Assembly (NCBI GenBank): GCA_016187515.1
Contig: JACPJN010000007.1
Location: 4,046-68,045, forward strand
DNA from: Candidatus Uhrbacteria bacterium
GTDB lineage: Bacteria; Patescibacteriota; Patescibacteriia; GWA2-47-26
Direction: 5' to 3'
Length of the DNA: 64,000 nt
Shown here: in pieces, positions 41,942 to 51,482 of the stretch
Layout: every line of letters begins with the position of its first letter
Position numbering within the stretch: position 1 is the stretch's first letter
Program-made: the position numbers and the translations under genes
Notes under the pieces: model-generated
Told to the model about the DNA's origin: nothing
Seen by the model: the letters and a program-made list of their open reading frames with translations, nothing else
The model's database searches: none

Positions 41942-42610
41942 CTATTTTGACTTTCTCCTTTTCTGCTTCACTTTAAAATATGCACGCGGTGATAAATCAT
42001 AAATCTCACCATCTTCCTTCTGTCGCTGCATCTGCCGCCAAACCCGTATTACGCGCGGGCTGCATTTTTTACAGTCGGCTTCAATCAGCGCGTAATATCG
42101 GTGCAAGCCAAGGTACTTTAATAAGCCGTGTAGCGCTGGTTCGGGATTGTACTTTGTAACCCACACGGAAAACTGCCACATTTGAAATCCGCTTGCTTTA
42201 AGAAGTTTCCGTAAGTGATCGCGATGCTTTCGCAACCGTTCTGGAATATCAAAAATTACCACCCGCCAGGCGCGATCCCACTTTTGTTTGCGCTGATCTT
42301 CCATGTGCTGTATAAATCGTATCCGCAGTATTTCGTACTTACCCTTGGCAGTCAAACGATACAACTGCTCCTCTCCTTCTTGCACTAACTCGATGTAATG
42401 TTCCTGCTTTAAATAGTGGATACGCCGCATCAGCCGCCTATATTCTCGTTTTCTGCGCGCGCGTTCACGTTCTATATAGGCCACTGGTCCAAAGCCGCCT
42501 AAACTCCAGCGTACATGCGATGGCACGTGGATACCTCCCCCCTTTAGATTTGTAGCCTGAAGTTCGAGCAATGCGATTTGTAACTCTTGCAGTTGTAATC
42601 GAGTACTCAT
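41942..42610 (-). CDS. PaaX-like protein (wHTH plus Cas2-like ferredoxin-fold domain)
   Basis: YRLTAKG wing; KWDRAWRVVIFDIPE..R..LRKLLK..GF...QFSVWV; start may be 42649. Confidence 0.85.
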   Translation of the reverse strand: MSTRLQLQELQIALLELQATNLKGGGIHVPSHVRWSLGGFGPVAYIERERARRKREYRRLMRRIHYLKQEHYIELVQEGEEQLYRLTAKGKYEILRIRFIQHMEDQRKQKWDRAWRVVIFDIPERLRKHRDHLRKLLKASGFQMWQFSVWVTKYNPEPALHGLLKYLGLHRYYALIEADCKKCSPRVIRVWRQMQRQKEDGEIYDLSPRAYFKVKQKRRKSK

Positions 42611-42914
42611 AGATATGAGACCGCTGAACAATTGATTATTCGTGTTCATTCGTAAGGCCGCCTGGCCAGGGCAGCGCAGGAAACCGGCGATTCCGGCGGC
42701 CGTCTATTCGCCTGCCCCGCACCAAGCCGCAGTCGGCGCCTCTTTAATACCCTAGGGATAGCCGCAGGCGGCATCCGTGGCTCGCCCAGCCATTCACCAC
42801 TGCCTTTCTTCGGGCTTTGGTGCTGGGGTGGATATTCGTGTGAACCTGCGCAGGTGTTAGTTCTTCAACATTCTCAGATATGCGCTTCAAAGGGACATTC
42901 AGCATCCGGCTTTT

Positions 42915-42950
42915 TGTCCCAAAATCTCACGGCCGTGAGATTTTGGGACA
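42915..42950. repeat. 36-bp perfect palindrome
   Basis: identical to 39996-40031. Confidence 0.95.
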
Positions 42951-43044
42951 AAAGCGCACGGTTACGTTTTTGTAATTTTATGTACAATTTTTTTCGAAAT
43001 CACTCCGCGAAATCACTCCGGAGATTTCAATTCTACGATGCATA

Positions 43045-44211
43045 TCACCGCAGTGCATTCTTGACTACTTCCACAATTCTCCCCCCATACCTCCCCACAT
43101 CGCGGACGCTGACCGCGGCCACCAGCAGAATCAGCAAGACAAAACCCGCGGCGTGCACCCAGCCCTCAACGCGCCGGGCCACCGGCCGGCCGCGCAACTT
43201 TTCAATCAAAATAAACAGGATGCGTCCGCCATCCAGCGCCGGAAACGGGAGCACATTTAGAATTGCCAGGTTAATCGAAAGGATGGCCATAAACTGAAGC
43301 AGATTTACTAATCCTTGCCGCGCCGCCTGTCCGGTTAACACCGCGATGCCAACCGGACCGGTAAGATCCGCGCCAACCGGCCTACCTAAAACCGCGTCCC
43401 GGATCAGTTCCGCGAAAGCTACCACAATCGTTTTTGAAAGCACCGCAGTAATTTCCACCGCTTTAGGGACCGCGAGCCACAGCGGATAGCGGACGGTTCC
43501 CACATCCGCAATCATCACGCCGATTCCCGGAGCTTTGGTTTTTTCTAAAATAATCGGCGTAACTTCTGCCTGTCGTAGCTGACCTTGGGCCTGAAATTCA
43601 ACGCGAATGGGTTGGCTTAAAAACTCGGCCGCCACATTTTTAACCGCCTCCGCTTTCTCAAGCGGCTGGCCATTTAGCGAAATAATCCGCGCGCCAGGGG
43701 CAATTCCGGCGCGCTCTGCCGGGCCACCGGGCAGCACTCCCATTACCTCCACATGCCGATCTTGTATCCGCGCGTGCGCGGAAATGTCATCTTCAATTAC
43801 TTGCGGAAAACCAAGGGCAAATCCTCCCGAAATCAAGACGACCGCGAGTAACGCATTCATGAGCACTCCGGCGGCAATAATCCAGACCCGTCGGTAAGCC
43901 GGCAGTCCGGCAAAACTATCCCCGGACTCGATTTCTTCTCCGGATTCGCCTTTGATTCTCACAAATCCGCCAAACGGAAGCGCGTTGATGGAGTAAACAG
44001 TCCCTCCCTCGCGCGCCTTAAAATCTTTCGGATTGCCCCAGACGATCTTACGACGCCCGTTCACCCGCTGAATGCCTACTACCCGCGGGGGAAATCCAAA
44101 TCCAAATTCATCTACCCGCAAACCCGCGCGCTTGGCGGTAATAAAATGCCCGAACTCGTGGACAAAAACTAAAACGGAGAGGACGAGGAGGAAAATGAGG
44201 AGAGTGAGCAT
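43045..44211 (-). CDS. rseP: RIP metalloprotease RseP
   Basis: HEFGH, PFGGFV, PDZ domain, NVLPFPALDGG. Confidence 0.95.
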   Translation of the reverse strand: MLTLLIFLLVLSVLVFVHEFGHFITAKRAGLRVDEFGFGFPPRVVGIQRVNGRRKIVWGNPKDFKAREGGTVYSINALPFGGFVRIKGESGEEIESGDSFAGLPAYRRVWIIAAGVLMNALLAVVLISGGFALGFPQVIEDDISAHARIQDRHVEVMGVLPGGPAERAGIAPGARIISLNGQPLEKAEAVKNVAAEFLSQPIRVEFQAQGQLRQAEVTPIILEKTKAPGIGVMIADVGTVRYPLWLAVPKAVEITAVLSKTIVVAFAELIRDAVLGRPVGADLTGPVGIAVLTGQAARQGLVNLLQFMAILSINLAILNVLPFPALDGGRILFILIEKLRGRPVARRVEGWVHAAGFVLLILLVAAVSVRDVGRYGGRIVEVVKNALR

Positions 44212-44328
44212 AGAATATAGTTGTGGGTGTAGTTGTCGCAGCCCGTACCGTCTACGGTGTAGTCCTACGGCCAATTGACAACACCTTATGACGAAACCGA
44301 TACGAGCAGCGAAACCGCCACCGTATAA

Positions 44329-45153
44329 CTACAGCCTTGCGGCTTTAAGATTAATGGACATTCCGAGCCATTTTTCCGCCAGTTCCTGAAATTTCGGCGT
44401 TTTTTTGCTGACATAGAATTCGTGTTTCGGAGCACTCATAACTCCCCTAACCCCTCTTACCTTAAGAGGGGAATCCGATTGATCGTTCCTCCCCTTAAGG
44501 TAAGGGGAGGCAGGAGGGGTTATGAACTGTTGAACTTCACGCGCCACCGTCTCCGCCGAATCCACGAGCTGCACACGATTGCCCACAATATCAGCAATCA
44601 CGCCTTTAAGCCAGGGGTAATGCGTACACCCTAAAATAAGCGTATCAACCTGCGCGCGCTGAAACGGCGCAAGATACTGCTCCGCCACTTCATAGGTCGT
44701 CGGATGCACCAAGCGCCCAGCTTCAACCAGCGGAACGAACAAGGGACATTCCCGGGCATTAATGCCGCGGCACCATTTTTGATACGCGCCGCTTTGCACA
44801 GTGGTCCGCGTGCCAATTACTCCAATCCGGCCATTATGTGTCCGGCGCAGCGCTTCGCGCACGGCCGGAGTAATCACTTCAAAAATCGGCACGCTGGGAA
44901 ATTCCTTGCGCAACGCTAATCCCGACACCGCGGAGGCCGTATTGCAGCCCACCACAATCATTTGCGCTTTTTTCTTTAGTAAAAACTTCGCGTTTTGCAG
45001 CGCGTAGCCCGCCACGGTCTCCGGCGGCTTATTGCCGTACGGCGTTCGCGCCGTATCGCCAAAATAAATAATTTTCTCGCGGGGTAGCGCCGCCATTACG
45101 GCTTTCGCCACGGTCAATCCGCCGAGTCCTGAATCGAAAATTCCGATTGTCAT
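44329..45153 (-). CDS. murI: glutamate racemase with ~30-aa palindrome-encoded insert
   Basis: FDSGLGGLTV, PYG, GCNTAS, ILGCTHYP. Confidence 0.95.
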   Translation of the reverse strand: MTIGIFDSGLGGLTVAKAVMAALPREKIIYFGDTARTPYGNKPPETVAGYALQNAKFLLKKKAQMIVVGCNTASAVSGLALRKEFPSVPIFEVITPAVREALRRTHNGRIGVIGTRTTVQSGAYQKWCRGINARECPLFVPLVEAGRLVHPTTYEVAEQYLAPFQRAQVDTLILGCTHYPWLKGVIADIVGNRVQLVDSAETVAREVQQFITPPASPYLKGRNDQSDSPLKVRGVRGVMSAPKHEFYVSKKTPKFQELAEKWLGMSINLKAARL

Positions 45154-45950
45154 AGAACCCCAAGCCAAGAGCGAATAAATTGTTTTGTCTGCTTTGGACC
45201 GGAAACCGCAATGCACTTAACTCCAGTACGGCGCACGGCAAAGTCGTTGCCACCGGGAAATAACGCATCGCCGATAAATAACATCTGCCGTTTTGGAACA
45301 TGTAAATGTTTTTCAATCTGTCGTATCCCATAGGCCTTATCAATACCCTTTTTGGTCACATCAATGGAGGTATAACCCGCAGCACGAACTTCCAAGTTCG
45401 GTAAACGACGCTGCAGAGCGCGCGCGAGTTTCATTTTAATCTTTTTATTCCCTGCCAGCCACTGCTTTTTAAGTTCTACCCCGCGCTGACCTAAGGACGC
45501 GACAATTTCCTGTCCCAAAGCGGAAAAAGTCACTTGCGTGCCGCGATCTTCAATCACCGAGCCATAAACCTTCTTGGGATGCACATAACCAACTTCTCTG
45601 AATGCCTCTTGGAAAGCTTTGCGGATCGCCTGTTTTTCTCTTTTGGTAAGTTTCAATTCATACACCTTTTTCCATCCAGACGCGTAACGATAAAAAGCCG
45701 TGGCCGTGGTGGGAAACAGAAAAAGATTTCCCAGCAACTTTGTTGGCGCGCGCAAATGACCGATAAATTGACTTTTAAAAACGTCGTATTTGCCGCCGCC
45801 GATAACCGCCACTATTTTCTTTTTTAATAGTGCCTTAAGCAGTCCCGACATCTCTTTATCCATTGGGGATTTGGTCTCGGTAAGCGTCCCGTCCAAGTCA
45901 AACACAATAAGCGTTTGCTTGATTAGATCGGCATCTTGGCGGGCTTGCAT
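45150..45950 (-). CDS. HAD-IIB hydrolase (eukaryotic phosphomannomutase-like)
   Basis: FDLDGTL, EDRGTQVTFS, TSIDVT, GDALFPGGND. Confidence 0.88.
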   Translation of the reverse strand: MQARQDADLIKQTLIVFDLDGTLTETKSPMDKEMSGLLKALLKKKIVAVIGGGKYDVFKSQFIGHLRAPTKLLGNLFLFPTTATAFYRYASGWKKVYELKLTKREKQAIRKAFQEAFREVGYVHPKKVYGSVIEDRGTQVTFSALGQEIVASLGQRGVELKKQWLAGNKKIKMKLARALQRRLPNLEVRAAGYTSIDVTKKGIDKAYGIRQIEKHLHVPKRQMLFIGDALFPGGNDFAVRRTGVKCIAVSGPKQTKQFIRSWLGVL

Positions 45951-46031
45951 ATAATAGTTTCCCATTATATACTATCTACATCAATTCGCCAATTCCATAA
46001 TTCATGCCTCATAATTCATAATTCACTCAAT

Positions 46032-46589
46032 ATGCCTACCTACCTTTGGATAATTCTCGCCGTCGCCGCCGTCCTAGTTCTTTGGGTCATTGCCATCTAT
46101 AATGGCCTGATAACTCGCCGAAACCGCGTGCAAGAGTCCTGGTCTGATATTGATGTTCAGCTAAAACGCCGCTATGATCTTATCCCCAACCTCATGGAAT
46201 CCGTCAAGGGATATATGCAACATGAGCGGGGCACGCTTGAAAAAGTTACTGCGGCGCGTACCGCGGCAATGGGCGCGAAAACCATGGCCGAACATGCCAA
46301 ATCAGAAAACATGCTGACCGAAGCATTAAAATCCATTTTTGCCGTAGCGGAAAATTATCCGGATCTCAAGGCCTCGCAAAACTTCCTCCAGCTCCAAGAT
46401 GAACTTTCCGACACGGAGAACAAAATCCAAGCCGCCCGACGGTTCTATAACGGGAATGTCATGAACTTTAACACGCGCATCCAAAGTGTGCCCGCCAATC
46501 TCGTGGCCGGCATGTTCAGCTTCAAAACGCGAGAATTTTTTGAACTTTCCGAACCCGCCGCGCGCGAGGCGGTAAAAGTGCATTTTTGA
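46032..46589 (+). CDS. lemA: LemA family protein
   Basis: IDVQLKRRYDLIPNL, ENYPDLKAS, ARRFYN. Confidence 0.95.
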   Translation: MPTYLWIILAVAAVLVLWVIAIYNGLITRRNRVQESWSDIDVQLKRRYDLIPNLMESVKGYMQHERGTLEKVTAARTAAMGAKTMAEHAKSENMLTEALKSIFAVAENYPDLKASQNFLQLQDELSDTENKIQAARRFYNGNVMNFNTRIQSVPANLVAGMFSFKTREFFELSEPAAREAVKVHF

Positions 46590-46694
46590 TTCGCGAATGA
46601 TTACAAATTACTCACGAATGTATACGAATCCCCGCCCCCACAAAGGCGGGTTTTTGTTTTTCTGGAAACTACTGTCTGAAACGACCGCCTCTCC

Positions 46695-46730
46695 TGTCCC
46701 AAAATCTCACGGCCGTGAGATTTTGGGACA
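46695..46730. repeat. 36-bp perfect palindrome
   Basis: identical to 39996-40031. Confidence 0.95.
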
Positions 46731-46913
46731 TAGGCGGTTCGCGCACCTACCCATTACTAAACGTCCCGCATTGGGCGCGATCGAGCCAAATACGGGACGA
46801 CTTGTGTATACCGGTGCATACCGGAAAGGCAGCGGTTAGGATAAAAAACAAGCCCGGGCGGAAGAAAACGAATCTTCCACTCGGGCCGAGGAACAGGAAC
46901 AGGGGCCGACTGA

Positions 46914-47468
46914 CTACTGCGCCGCGGCGACCGGCGCGGTCAGGTCGCGATGCTGGACGTGATACAGGCGCCAGAGCGTAAGGATCGTGAGCACTCCTTC
47001 GACGACGACAACCACTCCCCACACCGTCCTACCCAGCATCAAAATACCAAAGAGCGTAACCGCCCCCACTCCGAAGATCGCAATCGCCCACCCGTACGGT
47101 ACACCCAACAACGCATCTGCGGAGGGGGCGAGGACGAGGGCGAAGACGAAGGCGACAACAACGAAGACGTAGATGGCGGTACCGATGGCACCGACGGTGT
47201 CGACGGCGGCGATGGTGGCGGTGGTGGTGGCGGTGGTTTCGAGGGCGAGGGCGATGGTGGCGGCGAAGATGGCGACGATGGTGGTGGCGGTGGTGGCGAA
47301 GATGGCTGCGGCGGCGCGGAAGGCGACAACGACGACGGCGAAGGCGGTGGCGATGATGGCGGAGGCGGCGGTGGCCTCCTCCTGACTCGCATTTGCCAGA
47401 AGAGCGATGTGGTACGCTCCTGCCGCTACCAGGAGCCCGCTGATTGTGAAAAGAACGATTTTCTTCAT
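46914..47468 (-). CDS. Ala/Thr-rich low-complexity membrane orphan
   Basis: (g/a)cc triplet expansion; hydrophobic; hairpin plus T tract downstream. Confidence 0.55.
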   Translation of the reverse strand: MKKIVLFTISGLLVAAGAYHIALLANASQEEATAASAIIATAFAVVVVAFRAAAAIFATTATTIVAIFAATIALALETTATTTATIAAVDTVGAIGTAIYVFVVVAFVFALVLAPSADALLGVPYGWAIAIFGVGAVTLFGILMLGRTVWGVVVVVEGVLTILTLWRLYHVQHRDLTAPVAAAQ

Positions 47469-47641
47469 CGTTATACCCTGCTTTCTTTTGTTTTGGGTTT
47501 GGGAACGATAATCCTTATATACCACACTTTCGACATATTGTCAAGTTTGGGGTACAATATGATGTGTACGAATTACGAATCATCGTACGAATACAACGAA
47601 TTCGTAATATTCGTGCAACATTCGTTGATTCGTACACAAAT

Positions 47642-48532
47642 ATGTACTCCCAAATCACCTCCAATAAACGCAAAACCTGGCTGCTCATCATAATTTTCCT
47701 CGCCGTGGTGCTGGGGATTGGGTATTTGTATGACTATCTTTACGGCTATGGATCGGGTGGGCTGATTTTTGCCGCAGTGATTGCACTGGTTATGGCGCTT
47801 ACCGGCTACTACTCTGGCGATAAGCTGGCGCTTGCCGTCTCCGGCGCAAAGCCCGTAACCCGCGAACAAAACGCTTATCTTTGGCGCCTGGTAGAAAATC
47901 TTTGCATTTCTCAAGGTCTGCCTATGCCGCGGCTACACATTATTCAAGATAGCGCCATCAACGCGTTTGCCACTGGCCGGGATCCCAAACATGCTTCGGT
48001 AGCGGTAACCACCGGCGCGCTTGAAAAACTGGAAAACGAAGAACTGGAAGGCGTGCTCGCTCACGAACTTTCACACGTAAAAAATTATGACATCCGGGTC
48101 ATGACGATTGTGATTGTGCTGGTTGGCATTGTGGCGCTGGTTTCCGACTGGATGCTGCGCATGCATGTGTTTGGTTTAGGCGGACATCGTGGCGGCCGTG
48201 ATCGCGGCGTACACCCGCTCTTTCTGGTGGTCGGCATCATTCTTATGGTACTTGCTCCGCTGATCGCCCAGCTTATCAAACTCGCGGTCTCGCGCCGCCG
48301 CGAATATCTGGCCGATGCTTCCGGCGCGCTGATGACGCGCTATCCGGAAGGGCTGGCGCGCGCACTTCAAAAAATCGGCGCGCAAAAACAGCCAATGCTT
48401 CGCGCCAATGAAGCCACCGCGCACCTTTATATTGCCAACCCTTTTGGAAGCACACGCAAATGGCTTACCCAGGCCTTCTCGACCCACCCGCCAATTGAAG
48501 AACGCGTAAAAATTTTAAGACAAATGGCTTGA
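47642..48532 (+). CDS. htpX: M48 zinc metalloprotease HtpX
   Basis: NAFATG, AHELSH, SRRREYLADA, STHPP. Confidence 0.95.
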   Translation: MYSQITSNKRKTWLLIIIFLAVVLGIGYLYDYLYGYGSGGLIFAAVIALVMALTGYYSGDKLALAVSGAKPVTREQNAYLWRLVENLCISQGLPMPRLHIIQDSAINAFATGRDPKHASVAVTTGALEKLENEELEGVLAHELSHVKNYDIRVMTIVIVLVGIVALVSDWMLRMHVFGLGGHRGGRDRGVHPLFLVVGIILMVLAPLIAQLIKLAVSRRREYLADASGALMTRYPEGLARALQKIGAQKQPMLRANEATAHLYIANPFGSTRKWLTQAFSTHPPIEERVKILRQMA

Positions 48533-48533
48533 T

Positions 48534-49487
48534 ATGGCCGACGTAAGTAAGACCAAGGGTGCTCCGGGTGAGCCGGGAAAAAATGTAAAAAAAATCGGCG
48601 AAATTAAAATTACGGTTCCCCACCCCCCGGCCGGACTATCCCCACAAACGTCCAGTCCTGGTACAATGGAAAGCGGCCCCCCACCCCCAGAACCGCCCGC
48701 GCCCCAAAAACCCCCAGGCCAGCCCGGCCAAGGCGCTCGGCCGCCAGTACAGCCAGTTCAGCCCCTACCGCCGCCTCAAGGTCCCCGAGAAGGCCAAGGG
48801 CCTCCGGATAGCCAAGAGCAATCCGGTCCTGGTTCAACGCGTTCCCCAGGACCCCAACCCGGCCCAGCCCCGCAAGACCAACTCGAAATGCTGGCCGAAC
48901 TGGCGAGGCAAGAAGACGCCCAAAAAGAGAAATTGGGACAGCAAATCCAGAAGGACGAAAGCGCTGCCGGGCGCGCCCATCTTATCGAGCTCATTGCCCA
49001 GACCATTGTTAATGGTTTGGAATTCATTGATCGCCTGCTGAAACTGCTGGGGAATATCGCCAAACCCATCCCGGTCCTGGGTTGGATTATACAGATCCTT
49101 GTCTGGATCGCGCGCGGTATCGTAATTTTACTGAAGTTCATTCCCAACGGGGTGGCGAAGGGGGAACGCAAAGATGAAGATCGCCTGCGCAAACGCGCCT
49201 TAAAGTTGAGAAAAGAAGCGGGAATTAAATCTCCGCCCCCTCCGGATAATCCGCACGGGACCACCGAGATTCCCGCCGCAGGATTAATCGAGGAGGACGT
49301 GCGTTTCCCGGTGCTCAACCTGGTTCGTCCGGCCCCGGCTCCCCAACCCATCACCTTGCTGCCCGGACTTTTGAAAATAAACCCGCCGCTTTCCGGAATT
49401 TTAAAAATATTCATTATCGCCGGAGGGGCCGCGCTGCTGCTTATAAGTTTAGGCGGGCTGGTTACTTTCATGCAATCTCAATCCTAA
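48534..49487 (+). CDS. Pro-rich membrane protein
   Basis: P/Q-rich N-terminus, IPVLGWII hydrophobic segment, C-terminal TM. Confidence 0.7.
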   Translation: MADVSKTKGAPGEPGKNVKKIGEIKITVPHPPAGLSPQTSSPGTMESGPPPPEPPAPQKPPGQPGQGARPPVQPVQPLPPPQGPREGQGPPDSQEQSGPGSTRSPGPQPGPAPQDQLEMLAELARQEDAQKEKLGQQIQKDESAAGRAHLIELIAQTIVNGLEFIDRLLKLLGNIAKPIPVLGWIIQILVWIARGIVILLKFIPNGVAKGERKDEDRLRKRALKLRKEAGIKSPPPPDNPHGTTEIPAAGLIEEDVRFPVLNLVRPAPAPQPITLLPGLLKINPPLSGILKIFIIAGGAALLLISLGGLVTFMQSQS

Positions 49488-49499
49488 CCTCCAAACTGT

Positions 49500-50723
49500 A
49501 TGAGTCAACGTCTTAAACGCATCCTCGCGATTGCCGGATTCGTGGTGATCATCCTGTTAATCGGATTTCTGCTTTGGCGGGTGTTTTATCGCCCAATTTT
49601 TACGCCTGCCCCGCCCGGCGCTGCCCCGCTGGTCTTGCCGGAGGATAGCAAAGGATTGCCGACCGCGCCTCCGGCCCGCCCGCGCGCTCCGCTTGCTCCC
49701 GGCGTCCCGGGTACTCAAGAGGCGCCATCCCGGATTGCCGCCGGCGGAGTAACCGCGGTACAAACTCTAGCGGATACCGCGGTGCTAGCCCCCGCGCTGG
49801 CCCCGCAAGGAGAAGCCATTCAATACTACAATCGCGAAGATGGTAAATTCTATCGCGTTTCCGTAGACGGCCGCATAGAGGCCATTTCCGACAAGGTCTT
49901 TTTTAACGTCTCCAAAGTAATCTGGGCGCCCGACCGGAAAAAATCCATTTTGGAATATCCGGATGGCGCGAACATTCTTTACGATTTTGAAACCAAACGC
50001 CAAGTCACCTTGCCGCCGCATTGGGAATCCTTCAGTTTTTCAACCTCTTCGGATCAAATCGCGTTTCTATCTTTAGGCCTGGATCGCGATCACCGCTGGC
50101 TCGGGATCTCTTCCGCCGACGGCTCGCAAAGTAAGCCAATTGAACCCTTGGGCGACAACGCTGCCAAAGTTCAGGTAGAATGGTCGCCCAACAATCAGAT
50201 GATCGCGCTTTCCTCAACCGGACTGACCGCCGCGATCGGTGAGCAGGAAATTCTGCCCATTGGTCTGCATGGCGAGAATTTCCATTCCCTCTTGGTCAAT
50301 GGGATTGGATTCCGCGCGCGCTGGTCGCCCGACGGCGAGCGGATTCTTTATAGCGTCAGTTCCTTCCAAAATGATTGGAAGCCCGAGCTCTGGATTGTCC
50401 GCGGCGCCCCGAGTCAGATCGGCGCCGGGAAAATTCCGGTTGGCTTAAATACCTGGGCGGACAAATGCGCCTTTGGAGGCGCTCAAACCGTTTACTGCGC
50501 GGTTCCAAAAAACCTGCCGCGCGGGGCGGGGTTGTATCCTTTGGCCGCGGAAAACGCGCCGGATGAGCTTTGGAAAATCAATCTTGTAAGCGGCGCTCGC
50601 GAAAAAATCGCGATTCCCACCCAAGATATTACCATGCAATCCCTGGTTGTAACCGGGCAAGAAAACGCGCTTTACTTTACCGACCAGGTCTCCGGCCGAC
50701 TGTACAAAATTGATTTAAAGTAA
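49500..50723 (+). CDS. membrane-anchored TolB-like beta-propeller protein
   Basis: WAPD, WSPN, WSPDG repeats. Confidence 0.75.
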   Translation: MSQRLKRILAIAGFVVIILLIGFLLWRVFYRPIFTPAPPGAAPLVLPEDSKGLPTAPPARPRAPLAPGVPGTQEAPSRIAAGGVTAVQTLADTAVLAPALAPQGEAIQYYNREDGKFYRVSVDGRIEAISDKVFFNVSKVIWAPDRKKSILEYPDGANILYDFETKRQVTLPPHWESFSFSTSSDQIAFLSLGLDRDHRWLGISSADGSQSKPIEPLGDNAAKVQVEWSPNNQMIALSSTGLTAAIGEQEILPIGLHGENFHSLLVNGIGFRARWSPDGERILYSVSSFQNDWKPELWIVRGAPSQIGAGKIPVGLNTWADKCAFGGAQTVYCAVPKNLPRGAGLYPLAAENAPDELWKINLVSGAREKIAIPTQDITMQSLVVTGQENALYFTDQVSGRLYKIDLK

Positions 50724-50807
50724 ATCAAGTAAAGCAGGTAAATCAGGTAAATCAAGCTGGCAAAAACTTGATTTACTTGTCTCGCTTGTCTCGCTCAATT
50801 TATTCAA
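50720..50807. repeat. inverted nonamer array (gtaaatcaa); reverse-complement copy at 59285-59364
   Basis: gtaaatcaagtaaagcaggtaaatca matches the complement of tgatttacctgatttacttgctttacttgatttac. Confidence 0.8.
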
Positions 50808-50812
50808 TCGCC

Positions 50813-51481
50813 ATGCGTACCACCCCCTACATCCTGATCGTACTTTTGGCGCTTTTGGCTGCCGCGTTTGTCGGATTTTTGGCCTACTATTCTTATCGCC
50901 CATTTACACCCGAAGCGCCGCCAGCCCCGTTGGCCGCGGAACAAATTACAGCCACCGCCGCGCCTGCCAAACCTTTTATCGCCGGCACTGATCCGGTCTA
51001 CGGCGATCAATCCGCGGAAATCACGATTGTGGAGTTTGGAGATTTTATGTGTCCGGCTTGCGCCGAGGTAAACGCTACGCTCTACGCTGTACTGAACGAA
51101 TTTAAAGGAAAGGTTCGGCTGGTTTGGAAAGATCTGCCCAATACGTCCCGCCATTTTCTTGCCCTAGATGCGGCCAAAGCCGCTCGCTGCGCGCAAGAGC
51201 AAGGCGCGTTTTGGCCATATCACGATTTGCTCCTGGCCCGCCAGAGCGAACTAAATGCCGAACTGCTCCCGAGGATCGCCCAGCAATTGCAGCTTAAGGT
51301 GGGGGACTTTTCCGCCTGCCTGGCCTCGGACCGATCGGTTGGTCTTATTGAGCGCTCCAAAAACGAGGCGCTTCTGCTCCAAGTTGACGCCACGCCATAC
51401 TTTTTTATCGGCGAGCGACGGATTTCAGGAGCAGTAAGCCCGGAAACCCTTCGACAAATCCTGGATGCAAATCTCAAATAG
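50813..51481 (+). CDS. DsbA-family thiol-disulfide oxidoreductase
   Basis: IVEFGDFMCPAC, AARCAQEQG.FW, ATPYFF. Confidence 0.9.
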   Translation: MRTTPYILIVLLALLAAAFVGFLAYYSYRPFTPEAPPAPLAAEQITATAAPAKPFIAGTDPVYGDQSAEITIVEFGDFMCPACAEVNATLYAVLNEFKGKVRLVWKDLPNTSRHFLALDAAKAARCAQEQGAFWPYHDLLLARQSELNAELLPRIAQQLQLKVGDFSACLASDRSVGLIERSKNEALLLQVDATPYFFIGERRISGAVSPETLRQILDANLK

Positions 51482-51482
51482 T

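Noticed and set aside
39996-42950. CRISPR-Cas locus (36-bp repeats plus a Cas2-like domain)
   Set aside because: Repeats are 0.8-1.1 kb apart and fully palindromic, no cas1 or effector is present, and the protein is PaaX-type
46950-47693. Gly/Asp-rich 247-aa ORF and Pro-rich alternative frame
   Set aside because: By-products of the GCC/ACC triplet expansion; the minus-strand membrane ORF has the better start context and terminator
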